From: Anthoceros angustus
Taxonomy: Eukaryota; Plantae; Anthocerotophyta
DNA: 64,000 nt
Direction: 5' to 3'
Assembly: GCA_010909165.1 (NCBI GenBank)
Contig: MU008211.1
Span: 1-64,000 of the forward strand
Under the pieces are notes generated by a model. That model did no database searches. It saw nothing but the letters and a program-made list of their open reading frames with translations, and was not told the DNA's origin. The position numbers and the translations under genes are program-made. The stretch's first letter is position 1. Each line of letters begins with the position of its first letter. Of this stretch, positions 50,430 through 62,792 are shown in pieces.

Positions 50430-53230
50430 ATCGGGACTCGCTCCACGCTCCATAGCGCATGACATGAATCCATGATGAAGCCCGCTTTCCTCAATTCTAT
50501 AATAATGATAGCAAAAGCCCAAGCTGTGCCAAGTACGGTATCGAATCTATCAGCTAGGACCGGAGAACAATAAAATATAGGCACCGCCAGCGCGCCAAGC
50601 CACAACTGGGCATGCGGCAAGACCGGTCACCAACTTGGTGTAGCCACATGTCGGGCGTGATGCCCGTCGCACGTGAGCCGCAAGCAATTGTGAGCATCTG
50701 GTTTACATCAATTTGGCGAAAATGCAAAGGTATGAGCTGCGGTGCTATGGTGGTTAGCATTCTCCTCGGTGGAGCGATACCATTCTTTGTAGAGATATTC
50801 ACCGTCGCGCCGTGTTTGCAAGTTCAAACTTGCCTACATAATGCACCCTTGACCTTGAGCTCATTAATGTACTCTTGTGAGCTCATACATCCACCTCGGG
50901 CCCATACCCACAATCGAGGCCGCCTTAGTCACAGTCGAGATCACACGAGGCAGGGCTACACCGTACCATCCAAGAATGAATGGTGGTCACGCTGTAACTT
51001 GCGGCTTGCCCGACCTCACTAGCTGTAACCCAAGGAAGCTTGAGGTCTCAGCCTTCTCTTCTGTGATGTGACACACCTACCTGTAGGGACCTACCAAATC
51101 CTTCTACACACAACCAAGGAAAATGATCAAAGAACAATAAAAAATGAGCATTGATACCATCCACATTCAATTCATTTTGCTAGGCCTGCTGTTACCATTA
51201 AGCCGACACATAGTCAACACCACTATGAGAGTGTGAAGGACCGGCATAGAGCCTTATGAACTTCTCGATGCCGCAAGGAGCTTCACAACCCTCACGTGAT
51301 CGTTGTCCAAGATTGTGCATGACCTCGGCACTTTTGTGGCTATGGGAATGCCTTTTACACCTCGAGCTCGCTTGGCAAGGCCGAGGCGGTTCATGCGCGT
51401 GAAACTCAAAGACAGGATTTGTGACCAGCGGTCAAGACTCTTCTCAAGTTAGTGAGGCATTGGGACGACATGGAATGCATCCGTCGAGGTGCGCACGTAA
51501 TGCGCTTTTTGATCCCCTGCATGAACCGTGGAGCGACTCTGCCTTGGAGCGAACAAGAGAGATACGCCTTGGTGGATCTGGTTTATTGCATGAAAGGTGC
51601 CTTGTGTATGCCTTACACAGTTTTTGACATGTTTCCTGAGTTCTTTTGAATCTGTGTGTCCTAGTAAGACCATAGATTGGTCTGGACATCGGCTTCTTTT
51701 ATCTAGAATGTGTTTTCTTTAGGCACACTTGCAAGACGAGTCAGTTCTTGCTCTTTCAATCAGATCTTTCGCGTATGCAATTTCAATCAAATCGACATAG
51801 TCTCTATTGCCCAATACAACTAGGTTTGCAATTCCAATCGAATCGGTCTCCATTGCGGTGAGGTCGAAAGCCACAAGGCTAGCGCAACCATGATGATGGT
51901 ACGGTGTAGCCTCGAGCCTCGGATGATCTCGGCCGGGACTATAGGCAGCCTCAATATTGTGGGTATGGGCCGGCGAATGTATGAGCTCACGAGAAAGCGT
52001 ACATTAATGAGCTCAAGGCCAAGGGTGCATTAATGTAAGGAGCAGCATGACACGAGCGGTGAATAAGGTGAATTATCTCTACAAAGAATGGCAGCGCTCC
52101 ACCCGAGAAGAATGCTAACCAACGGATATCATCGGCAGTTGCCGCATAGGCGTAGGCGTTTTGCGTTCGCGCCAAAATGATGCAAACCGGATGCTCACAA
52201 TGGCTCGCGGATCACGAGTATGCTCATGTTCTAATATCAACCCCATTAGAAGCTACCTTCATTACCAAGAAAAGGAAGCCTTGGGCCTCGAGCATCATGA
52301 TGAACTTCATAATGACATATATTTATGTGTGGACCCCTCAATCTTTTGCCTCGGTACTACTATGGGCACTACGGGAGTATACTTCTTGCGCTTTTGCATC
52401 CTCATTCACCTAATAAGCCTCATCAATGCCCGTCGCTCTTCCAAATCCGAAGTTGCGGTTAAGCGGGATGGTGGATCGACTGGATGGGGACCGACTTCCC
52501 TTGATGAATTTAGAATATCATGTAGCTTTCACACCCATTACTTGCAATTAAGCGGGAGGATGGATCAAGACTTGGATGAGGGGGTGACTTGATGAATTTA
52601 AAGTATCATGTAGCTTTCACACCCATTACTTGCAGTTAAGCGGGAGGGTGGATCGATGCGGATGAGGGACCTACCTCCCTTGATGAATATAACATATCAT
52701 GTAGATTTCACACCCATTACTTGCGTTAAGTCGAGAGGCGGATCGATTACGGATGGGGACCGACTTCCCTCCATGAAATTAAAATATAATGTAGCTTTCA
52801 CACCCCATTACTTGCAGTTAAGCGGGAGGCGGATCGATACCGGATGGGGACTTCCATAGATGAATTTAAAATATCATGTAGCTTTCAAAGTGCCTTGGTT
52901 GCTACTTTGGATGTTGTAAGTTGAGAGTAAGTGAAGTTACAACATAGTGTGCTGTGAAGCTCGCATGAAGTCCAAATGTACATCATGCCTGACACAAGGC
53001 TACACCAAGTTGGTGATCTGGTCTTGCCAACATGGCCAGGTTTCCTGGCTTAGCAGGCGCTTCGTAGCGGTGCCAATATTTTATTGTTCTGGAGGCCTTG
53101 GCTACCATATAGATTCGGAACCTGGGTCTGTACAGCTAGCTTGGCACACGGGCTTGGGCTGACGCCGTCTTTGTTATCATTATAACAAAATTGAGCGGGA
53201 ACGCGGGCTTCATTATGGATTCACGATCCC
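50430..53230. repeat. Degenerate long inverted repeat (fold-back)
   Basis: 50460-50660 is the reverse complement of 52980-53225; 50685-50970 is the reverse complement of 51890-52205. A third copy of the arm is split by the CACTA (33190-33499 plus 49985-50270). Confidence 0.75.
52450..52888 (+). repeat. Tandem repeat of about 85 bp, about 5 copies
   Basis: Unit TTGCAGTTAAGCGGGAGG...GATGAATTTAAAATATCATGTAGCTTTCACACCCATTAC. Confidence 0.9.
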
Positions 53231-54149
53231 ATCCTCACACCCATCCCATCATCTCATCGCGCTCGGCCATGGGCATTCTTTCGCCATTTTAAAGTTTGGG
53301 CGGGAAAGCACAACCCTCTCAATTCTCACGGTAGCCGAGTTAACGTTAGCTCAGCCCGCCACATGTGCTATCGACTTGCACCAACTTGTGCACCTTTGCC
53401 GATTCTTGTTCCTAAGGCGATTGCCGCATGCCAATCACTTGCACAAGCTATTTCGGTTGTTGTGGCGACTTGCACCGGTGAGCATGGCGAGTGCTTCGCC
53501 GATTCCGTGAGGCGACAGTGAGCACTGCTGCACCCAAATGCCGGAGGAGAATTTCAAGAGCCCCATGTCCTCTTGAACGAGCAACTCTCATGCAAGCGGA
53601 AGGGAGAGTAGTATGGAGAATAAGCACATGCGGAGATGGGCTTTGCGGTGGCGAAATGCCCAGAATGCACACCTAAAATGCATGTACTTGGTGCAGCTTT
53701 GGAGGAAAAAGAAGCACCGGAGGAACAAGGAAAACATTTCACCGAGGCTCAAGCTCGAAGTGGTGCAAGGACTTGAGGCCGTGGTTTATGAGTCCAGAAT
53801 TGTTGTGCCTTTGAGAGGTGTAATAAGGATTCGGTGACTATCGTCCTTTGCTTTGTGCTGAAAGGAGAGACATCCCTCCACCGCAAGATGGAAGTAATCC
53901 TTGCCTCTTTGGCCATTTTTGCCCAAGGGATCTCCAACCGTCTGAGGCTATAATCACCATCGGAGCCTTGAGGACCCGGGATCTCCAAGGGCTTACTACG
54001 TGAAAGCGATCTGGATGAATCGAATGGATTGGGAGACCTACCGTTAAATGCGGTGTGATCATCTCTTTCTATCGTAAGTGCCAGTGTATCTTATTTACTT
54101 TGACTCCTTTTAGGAAGATCTCACTTTTCTGATCTATGTGTTTCCTTAG

Positions 54150-54355
54150 GTGCCATGGAGCTTTACAATCGACACAAAACAAAGGCCGAGATTGAGAAAC
54201 ACCGGCAGTTCCCGTTTTGTAACAATGTGGAGTATGTTTCTGACACAGATATGGACACAGATGACGTGGACCCTGTCACATGTGTTACCCACCCAAGTAG
54301 GGAGAGGCTGGAGAGACAGATTGACTCTGGATCCGTTGAGTCAAGCGAGTCCTGA
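54150..54355 (+). pseudogene. Probable terminal exon (acidic tail) of a TE-associated gene
   Basis: TTCCTTAG acceptor, then AMELYNRHKTK...SDTDMDTDDVD...SSES*; GTTGTAAA CACTA-type subterminal motifs follow at about 54735-54770. Confidence 0.3.
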
Positions 54356-55019
54356 CTAATGCGTGTCCTCATGTTGTCACGAGACTTGGGTTATCATGCC
54401 CTCATTTTGGTTTATCGGAAATGCACCATTTTGTAGGTTCATAATCCACCTCAAAGCATGTGTTTGTTTCGGCCATCAAGACATGTGAATTGAGGCATGA
54501 AGCTCGATTTGAAATGCAAACTACAAATGTAGCGCCTTTTGTGTCACCCATACAGCTGACCTATCCAAAGATTTTGTTTCGGATGGATTCGGTATTTGTC
54601 CAGCCAATCAAACACTTTTCTAGATGTTTCATGTCCTTAATCCTCGCATAACAAGAGCATGTGGCAGCTCGTGTCAAGTCTTGAACATAATGGGTAAGGT
54701 TTTGTTATTGAGGTTTATAATGTGTTTACAGTAATATGTTGTAAAGCAGATTTTTTGCGTTGTAAAGCTCGTGTCTTGAGACGTCCGTCACCTTGGGAAG
54801 CACAAGACGGCAAGGCAAACATTTTGAAACTACGACGGCGTGTGCTATTGTGGGAGGCACACGTGGGAGGCACTATGAGTTGAGGCGTCCTCGAGGTTAA
54901 GTGTGATGAGATGAGCCGCGTCTCGAGGCAGCGTGATGAGACAAGCCCGCTCCAACTCCTTCCGCCGGCCAAGGGTTGTTAGCGGGCCATCCCGAGCCCG
55001 TTCCGCAATCTCCAGTCTG

Positions 55020-55210
55020 TGATCAAGTGGACGATGAAGATGAGCACAAGATGTCCATGACTTCTTTTGCAACGGGCTGGTTTGCAGCAGAAAGGACCTA
55101 GCGATGGAGGTTGCCGATCAAGTGGATGGCGAAGATGAGCATGAGACGTCGTGACTTCTTTTGCAACGGGCTGGTTTGCATCATTAGAGGACTGGCGATG
55201 GAGGTTACTA
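55020..55210 (+). repeat. Direct repeat of about 95 bp, 2 copies
   Basis: GATCAAGTGGA...TGACTTCTTTTGCAACGGGCTGGTTTGCA...GCGATGGAGGTT occurs twice. Confidence 0.8.
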
Positions 55211-56512
55211 GGAGGACTTGCTCGCAAGAGGTCGCCTTACGAAGTTCCAACCGAGCATGAGAGTCATAGTGTGCTTCACCGGATTACTCGCATGAGAAAG
55301 GCGCTTGAGACCGAGATACGGACTTTAATAGTGCAGCTTCTCCACCTTCCCTTGCCTCAGACTCTGACTGAGGTGGACATTGACAGAATTTGTCAATCTC
55401 CCTCGTCCAGTGAGGGGGATGTCCTACCTGAGTCATTTTCGGCGAGGCCACCGCCAGTGAATATATTTGAGCAGGTTTTGGATGGAGTTTGGCTGGAGGA
55501 ACGTGAACATTTTAGGGAGCTCAAGGAAGCATTGGAGAGGGAAGCAAAGGAGAGGGAAGTCTCAGCAACTGCCTTGGAGTCTCGGCGTGGCATGGCAAAA
55601 GCTTGGAGATGTTGTGAAGGAATTGTGTGTAGCGTGGGACCGTCATGGGTCGTGGCAAGGAGCCTTTGGGATATGGGTGTCGCTTATTGTTGCATTGTGT
55701 AATAAGCGTGTTCCTAATCCGAGATGATTCACGACACGGTTCATGGGTTTCGTATTTCAAAGTGTCACGTTATGTTGAATGAGATAACGAATCGGCATCA
55801 CATGTGTGTCGCCATTTCTTCTACTCGATCGCAAAACAAGCATCACAATAACCTAATGGCTTGTTAAGGACATTGTTATGAATCTTCCTTCCCGCCTTCA
55901 CCCTTTGAAGTAGTCTCGTGCCTCCTTGAGTGGACCCAAGAGACGCTTCTTCATCTCCGACGTCCGCATTGCCGCTTTCTCCTCTCGAGGCGGATCGGTG
56001 ATGGCTTACTCGATTAAGGCCAAGCACGGACTCTATCCGCCCAAGCATGCGTATGCTCCGATGGTGTGGCGCTCATCCCAACTTTCTCCTTCCTCCGCAG
56101 ATGGCTTGGAGGCACGTTTGGTTTTCTGTTTTCCTTGCTTCTGCTTGGTTCTCTTGGTGTGCTCAGTGGCCATCGCACAACCATACTTGCGCCCGCTCCT
56201 GGTCTTCATTATGAGGCGAGTTATCAGTTGGATGACGGTGAAGGCAGCAAGTTCAAGCTTGGCGAGAGAGGTAGCCAGATGGATTGCCATGCTGCTAGCT
56301 ACAGGGCCGCGTGTGAGTGCTCGAGCGCGGTGGGTAGCCTAAATCCATATTAGAAAGTCCACATGTTGGATTCATACCATGCCACTTGACACGTGGATGT
56401 AACCCGTCTATAAATGCAATTTACAATCCTGTGTATGCTTGCTTGTATACACATGCTTGGATACGTATGCTTGAACACACACGCTTGAATTGCTATAGTG
56501 GCACACATGGCT

Positions 56513-56600
56513 CACTAGTAGAATAAGTCATTTACAACGTCCATAACGTGCTTTACAACGCATGAGGTTGTAAAGCACATTTTGACGTTGTAATATGTGC
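56513..56600 (+). mobile_element. CACTA left terminus (third element)
   Basis: CACTAGTAGAA followed by TTTACAACG/GTTGTAA subterminal motifs like those at 22644. Confidence 0.75.
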
Positions 56601-56681
56601 TCAAAAATATACCGTATTGGTATACCGTATCCATATATGGTATACCATATCCATATGGTAATAGGCACATACATGCGGCCG

Positions 56682-56820
56682 TGTGGCTCACCAAGCAAAG
56701 AAATTGGGCTCGCCGAGGCTCGCCAAAGAAATTGGGCTCGCCATGAGGCTCGCCAAGCAAAGAAATTGGGCTCACCGTGAGGCTCGCCAAGAATTGGGCT
56801 CACTGTGAGGCTCGCCATGT
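56682..56820 (+). repeat. Minisatellite of about 28-33 bp (AAGAAATTGGGCTCGCCATGAGGCTCGCC)
   Basis: 4-5 directly visible units. Confidence 0.85.
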
Positions 56821-57064
56821 GGGGATCAAGCTGTTATCAGATGGATTGGGCGAGTTCTTGTGGGGCTCACCATGGGGCTTGCGATCATCTCTGGATTGGG
56901 CCAGATTTACGGCGGGGCTCGCCAAGCAAGGGATCGATCTCATGGATCGGGCTCGGATTGCTAAGTAGGTGATCGGGATTGCCGCTATCGCCTCAAATCA
57001 AGCACCATGAAGGAGAAAGGACTCGAATGAGTGAGTGGCCATTATCCTCTTAGGTCGACTGTTG

Positions 57065-57432
57065 CCCAAGTCTTGATGGGAGTAGCAGCCCAATTCTTCC
57101 CAATTGCTATGTGCAACCAAGTCTCGATGGCAATAGCATAATCCTCCCAATTCTTTGGAATTTGTGCTATGTGGAGCCAAGTCTCGATGGAAGTAGCTCA
57201 ATTCTTCCCAATTCTTTGGAATTTGTGCTATGTGGAGTCAAGTCTCGATGGAAGTAGCAGCTCAATTCTTCCCAATTCTTTCGGAATTTGTGCTATGTGC
57301 AACCAAGTCTAGAATTTGTGCTATGTGCACAATTCTCCCCAATTCTTTCTCGAATTTGTGCTATGTGGAGTCAAGTCTCGATGGAAGTAGCAGCTCAACT
57401 CTTCCCAATTCTTTCGGAATTTGTGCTATATG
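57065..57432 (+). repeat. Minisatellite of about 60 bp (GAATTTGTGCTATGTGGAGTCAAGTCTCGATGGAAGTAGCAGCTCAATTCTTCCCAATTCTTT)
   Basis: About 6 degenerate units. Confidence 0.85.
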
Positions 57433-58029
57433 TGTGTCTCGTGGATATAATTAGTCTAATATGTATGTGGTGTGCTAGGTTTTCTAGTGTGGGCGGCAAG
57501 GATTACACAATCCGTTGGTCTCTTCTTGTTTGCCACAAAATCCAGCATTGGAAGGACACACTCTTGTGGACAGACTCATCATGCCGAGGAGGTGGCCGTG
57601 CGTGCTCGACCAATGGTTCAAGATGCTTTTGAGAAATGTAATTGTGTAAACAAGGGCAAAGGACTATGCGGGGAATCAAGTCCGTATTCATGAGCGTACA
57701 TACGGAATATATCGAGGCGCGGAGGGAGGCGCAAGTTCGGAAGAAACCCCGGCCGTACCAAGTGAAGACTCACCCGTGACGGCAAGCGCATATGACGTGA
57801 GTTTCTAACCCCTTTGGTTAAGTATTTGAGATGTATATTGAGTTTCTAACCACTATTTCGTGATACATTCAAGGTATATCATATTTAATATTAATATATA
57901 TATTTATATTTATTTAGTATATGCATGCTCCTTTTAAATGTGCATGATGTGTCATTGATGCATGATGGTTTAAAAGTTAAACTGGTATGGTATGTAGTTT
58001 GTACTTATGATGATTATTTTTGTATAGTT

Positions 58030-58990
58030 GGCGTAACTTCCTATAGAGGACCATGTTAGCACTCTTGATCCCGATGATGCTGATGATGAACGCACCTCTG
58101 GACACATGTCTCTGCGAAGTAGGAAAAAATTTGGGTGGAAAGGAGAGTCACGTGGACCTTTCCTTGAACACCCTTACCAGCCACGAGAGGGAGAGGCTGC
58201 AAACTCTCATGATGCTGTTGTGTTATACAAGCGTCTTCTCAAAGGTGTATATCCCAAGGAGTGGGAATGTGGGAGGAGGGGGCCATTCCTATTAACAAAC
58301 CATTTCCATATTGGGGTCGTTGGTGGATAGTGAAGGAGGCAACAAATCCAATAATGGGGTTGGGTTTGTTTGCCTTGGAAAAATAAGTGTTAGTCGAGCC
58401 AAAAGAAAGGCGTTCCATTATTTGTGTTTGGTGGTCCCATGTATACACAGTAGTTTAACAAGATTGCGAGTGAGATTGCGAGTTTCAAAATATGCCTTAA
58501 CTTTCAGATGTAGGCGTAAGAAGCTTACGTCACCTATAGTGTACTTGGATGGGCATGTGGCATATGGGAATGTGGCAGTTACATTAATAGCGATAAACAA
58601 GGTAAACTCTATGGGAGGAAAGAGGCGATGGGCATGAGCTATTGCATCATAGCCACATGATGTGGGTGTGCACTTGGGCGGACCATTGAAGCGGTGAGGA
58701 GTTGTTTGTTGAGTACAATTGGTTTGACCCAAATTATGCGATAGCAAGAATAAATGCAGGCGTGAGTATGCACATACTAAAGAGTATGTGCAAAGAGAGT
58801 GGAAGAAGATGAAGGCAAAGTTAATGCATGAAGACATGGGTGCGGATGCGGAGGAGTATGTAGATACTGCAGAATATGCAAAAAGGGAATGGGAAAAGAT
58901 GAAGGCAAAGTTGATGAAAGAGGATGTAGATTTAGAGTAGTATTTGCATGAAAAAGAGATTGGAAAACCCATCTCATGTTTTACTGAGAA
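58030..58990 (+). pseudogene. Decayed CACTA-associated ORF, weakly Ulp1-protease-like
   Basis: Exon after an AT-rich intron (TGTATAG acceptor); NHFHIGVV...IVYLDG...PHDVGV loosely follows the His/Asp/Cys order of C48 proteases; duplicated REW(K/E)KMKAKLM. Confidence 0.25.
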
Positions 58991-58994
58991 AAGA

Positions 58995-61900
58995 TTTTAT
59001 TGAGGTGAAAAAACGATGGGAAGAGCCCATCTAGGAGGGGACAACCAAAGAGGACCAGGGGTCGAGGTGAAGAGGAGCAAATAAGCTCCCTACCTAAAGT
59101 CACCTACCGCACCCACAATGTCATATGCGTGAAGAATAAACGGCCCGCAAACCACGGAGGTAGAGGAAGATGCGCCACCCACCGCCGCCGCCTTGTGGAG
59201 GATCGCCAGGCGCCCGTTGAAGGGCAATTGAAACCCGCTGTCGGAAGTATGCCGTGAAGTACGAGAGGGACAAGACCGTGTTCACGCAGCATGGTAAGTT
59301 TTGGCACAGACTTGACAAATTTGTCAAAGTCCTCACCATTGCCCCATACGCTTCTAGTGAATAAAGAGGTGGCCGCTTGCATCCCGCTATTTATGGACCT
59401 TGAGAGCCGCCTCCGGCAGCACCAACTCGACGCTAGTGATGACCGAGTGAGATGGTGTCTCGTGTAGGATCGGTAACCACCACATCTCGCCATCAAACCG
59501 GTCGCCAGACAAGGTACAGTCACCGATTGAACGACCAGACGGAGAGTATACATCCGCTCCCTCCATGCCATGTGGCGCTTCGCGGCGATGGCGAACATGA
59601 CTTGTCAGCGGATGGCGTCGTGAGTGGCAATCACGATGACCCGTGGGACGAGCAAGGTGTACCCGGAATCGCCGGGCGCGCACTTTTCAAGTAAGGAGCG
59701 AAGAAGCACGGTGGAGGCGGCCAAGACGGAATCGCATCGCGATGGTGAAGGTGGTTGGTGCGATGTGAAAACCCGTATGCATGGGCGGGCCAATAGCCAA
59801 GCACTGCGCCCTTCCGAACAAGAGCGAGCCGCGCCTTGTGGACACAGGGATGGAGGGTCTGGAGGCGGAAAGCTGGCGGGCGCTTCTCGGCGAGATGCTG
59901 CAACCCACGAAACCATCAAGAATAAATGTCGAGAAAGGAGGGAAGTCCTTCCGAGCATCCACCGATAACATGTCCCTAGCTTGCCTCAGGGCGTTTGGAG
60001 AGAAGGTTCCCTCCTCCACACGTCGAGATCCTCGAGAAAGGGCTGTCATGGAGGATGAACCGAGAAGCCAGCGAGGAGAGGGCCAGCGCGGAAGCCGGGA
60101 AGAGACCTCCAGTGACTGTGCCTCAAATTGCAGTAGGGACGCTTGCCGGGCCGACGCCCATAGGGCACTCAAAAGCCACAGGCCCAGGATGTCCCCGAGA
60201 GTATCCATAATCTTCCTATCAAACCGCCGTAGGGACAAAAGTGTCGAGGCGGAGGCGGTCTGGATGAGGTAACCGGGCGCCTAGCAAAACAGAGGAAAGA
60301 ATTCCAAAGGCCACTGTGCATCCTCCGGCAAAGGGAGGTCCTCGACATGGGAGAGGTCTCTGCGAGCTGGTCGAGCTCCAGGTGAAGTCGAGGGGCCGAG
60401 GGACCCCTAGAATCCATGATCCCAGGAGCAATCTCCCAGTGAGGCAAAGTAGGTAGAATCCCCGGCGGAGACGGCACACGGCTTGACCTTCAAGCCCACG
60501 AGCTCATGAGAGAAGAGCTCAAAGGCCTCCTTAACTTTGTCCCAGGCAGGGATGTGAGAGTCGTGCCCGTGAAGGAGACAGTCGCCAGCGGGAGGCCCTA
60601 GATAGGGCCCTATAGTGAGCAATGGCGAAGAGAGCACCGCCTAGGGGTTGCTCGTACTGGCCGATTCCAAGATGTAGACAAGAACTCAAGAGACGTTCAG
60701 GCCGGTAGTAGAGGTTGGAGGACCTCCGAGAAGCACCGGACAAAAGGTATAAGGCTCCTGCACGCGCCAAGATCCCTAAGCTCCTCAAGATGACGCCCCT
60801 AGAAATGGTATTGAAGGCATTCTCGACATCAACTCAGAAGACCACCCACCCGGTGGGTATCAAGGCATGCCTTCACTCCAAGCACCACTCACCCTGAGTG
60901 GCAATGCCAAATTGAAGGGGTTGAGGTGTCCAAGAAGAGAGCGGCATCAAGGGCAATAGTGCGGCCGAGTAGTCGCATGAAGGCTTCCTCGACCGCGAGT
61001 GGGCGACGCCTGAATGCAGCTTGTCCATAGCGACAAGCCCGCTAGCCGCAAGAACATGGGAAATCCGGGAGCCCTCACCCCGAGCCACCGCAGAGAAAAG
61101 AGCTCGGGAAGCCGCTAGATGGATCTTCGGGAGAAAAGGTCCCCGAGGTGTTCAAACACCATTCCCGACAACCCGGCAGATGAAAGACGGGGTCGAGAGA
61201 GCCAGAGCAAAAGCCGCCCGATCCAGAGAAGGGATCCTCCGGACGAGTCGATATGTCCGGGATGGCATCCTTGGGAGCCGGATGGAGGGCACGAGGGCAA
61301 CAATGGTCTCCTCGTGGGGCTAGGGAGGGTCAAGAGCCCGGCAACATGAGCATACCACCGCCTCCAAGCGCAACGACGCAGTTTGTTGCATTACCCGGAC
61401 CTGTTCCAACTGCTGTGCGGATTCCGCCCGAGCCTTGGCAGCACGCAAAGCCTCCTCCGGAGGGATGCCCACCACCGAAAGCGCCAAGACGGCTAGCAAC
61501 TTCCCGATGCCCAGAAGCCCCACCCCTAGAACACCGAAGGCACCACCGGGAGAAGAGAAGGCACCAAGCTAACCCCTGGGATCGAGCGCAAGGCGATCCA
61601 AGGGAAGACTAACGCCAAACGGCATCATCATGAAGGTGGCGGGAAGCTCATGGAAGATGCGCGGCATGGAAAGCGGGTTTCAAACATCCCAAGTATGTGA
61701 TCCAAATTGAAACCATTCCTGTGAAGAGAGACCCCACAATGGACGGCATCGACCGGAGCCCGCACCTGGAATCGAGGAGGTCGCAATGTGCACTGGGCAG
61801 TAGTCCGTCGAAATCTTTATGCATGTGCCCAATGTGGGTTTTCACCCCTTGACACCGCAGAGTTGAGCATGCAGACACTGTCCTTACTGGCCATGGAGGT

Positions 61901-62140
61901 AGACCGCCCATTGGGAAGGGTACTAAAAGAACCCAGAAACGCCCGGAGGGCGATGTGGCCGAGGAGGTACCGGGACCGGGACAAAACGATCCCAACTTTT
62001 AGACATACCGAGTGTGAGCTCCGTATGGCGAACCCAAAAGGCCGCCAAAGAGCTCGCCTAGAGGGCGCAACCCACGTAACCACCGCCACCCACCAAACTA
62101 GCTACCAGACCAAGAACAAGTCGGGGTAGGAAATCCACCA
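58995..62140 (-). mobile_element. CRE-like non-LTR retrotransposon (RT plus restriction-like endonuclease), decayed
   Basis: In order across frameshifts: zinc-finger-like CSTLRCQGVKTHIGHMH; LVAMDK..GVRPLAVEEAFMRLL; PLQFGIA; VDVENAFNTISR; GIGQ..PLGGALFAI; GLKVK; FDRKIMDTLGDILG..ARQASL; AWLLARP..FTIAMRFRLG; HDAIR; WGNGEDFDKF; FRQRVSIALQRA. AATAAA at about 58995-59000. Confidence 0.8.
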
Positions 62141-62147
62141 GCTAAAG

Positions 62148-62380
62148 TGTTAGGATTTAGTAAGGCGGAGCTATATAATTAAAGTAGGCAAAAGAATTAT
62201 AGATTATTATCAAAACACTCAACCAAAGGGGTTTTATACTACAAACTAACTAAGCGACTTTTCACTTGTATTTGCTCATATTTAGGTTAACTCAGCATTA
62301 TATCTAGAATATATGTGGCATAATAGCTAACCCTAGTGACGTGGTTACATAAACCAGAGATGGTCTTAACACACCCCCTT
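62148..62380 (-). mobile_element. Ty1/copia 3' LTR (62148-62371, 224 bp) and PPT (62372-62380)
   Basis: TGTTAGGA...TCTTAACA inverted termini; minus strand AAGGGGGTG directly upstream of the LTR. Confidence 0.85.
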
Positions 62381-62792
62381 AACCACGACACGGGGGATCA
62401 GAGTGACACCAGCAATGATAAGCGCTACAGTCCACCTTGCGCTCACCTTGGCTGTGCACTCGCCATTGCGATTTTCCTGCTCGCCAAACATGTGCAAAAG
62501 GAACTGCAGAAGCTGGTGCGCAAGACACAAGCACGGGGACGAGCGCAGGAACACAAGAGAAGGCATGAAGTAAAGAAACTAATCACGCTGGCGGGATGGG
62601 ACTTCGAGCTGGCTCACGTTGTCAGTAAACCAGCGGGGCTGGAGGCAGAAAACACAATGCGAGTTGGTGACGAAGGCGGCTAGGAGCTCGAATCCCATTC
62701 GGAGCGGGATATATTGGATAAGGACGCGAGAGCTTCATCCGGCAGACATCGGTGCTCATTACGCAGACAGATATGCTAACTGGTGGAAGATA

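Noticed and set aside
52450-52888. CRISPR-like appearance of regular repeats (also 57065-57432 and module C)
   Set aside because: Whole units repeat with no unique spacers, there are no cas genes, and the context is eukaryotic.
56490-56500. TAGTG as the right TIR of the 22644 CACTA
   Set aside because: Upstream bases do not complement CACTACAAGAA, and neither the CAA TSD nor module A follows.
58418-58972. 184-aa minus-strand ORF
   Set aside because: Antisense shadow of the purine-rich plus-strand frame; S/F-biased with no motif.
59100-62140. DIRS/tyrosine-recombinase retroelement
   Set aside because: RT motifs are of the non-LTR CRE type; I saw no YR or RNase H motifs and no split repeats.
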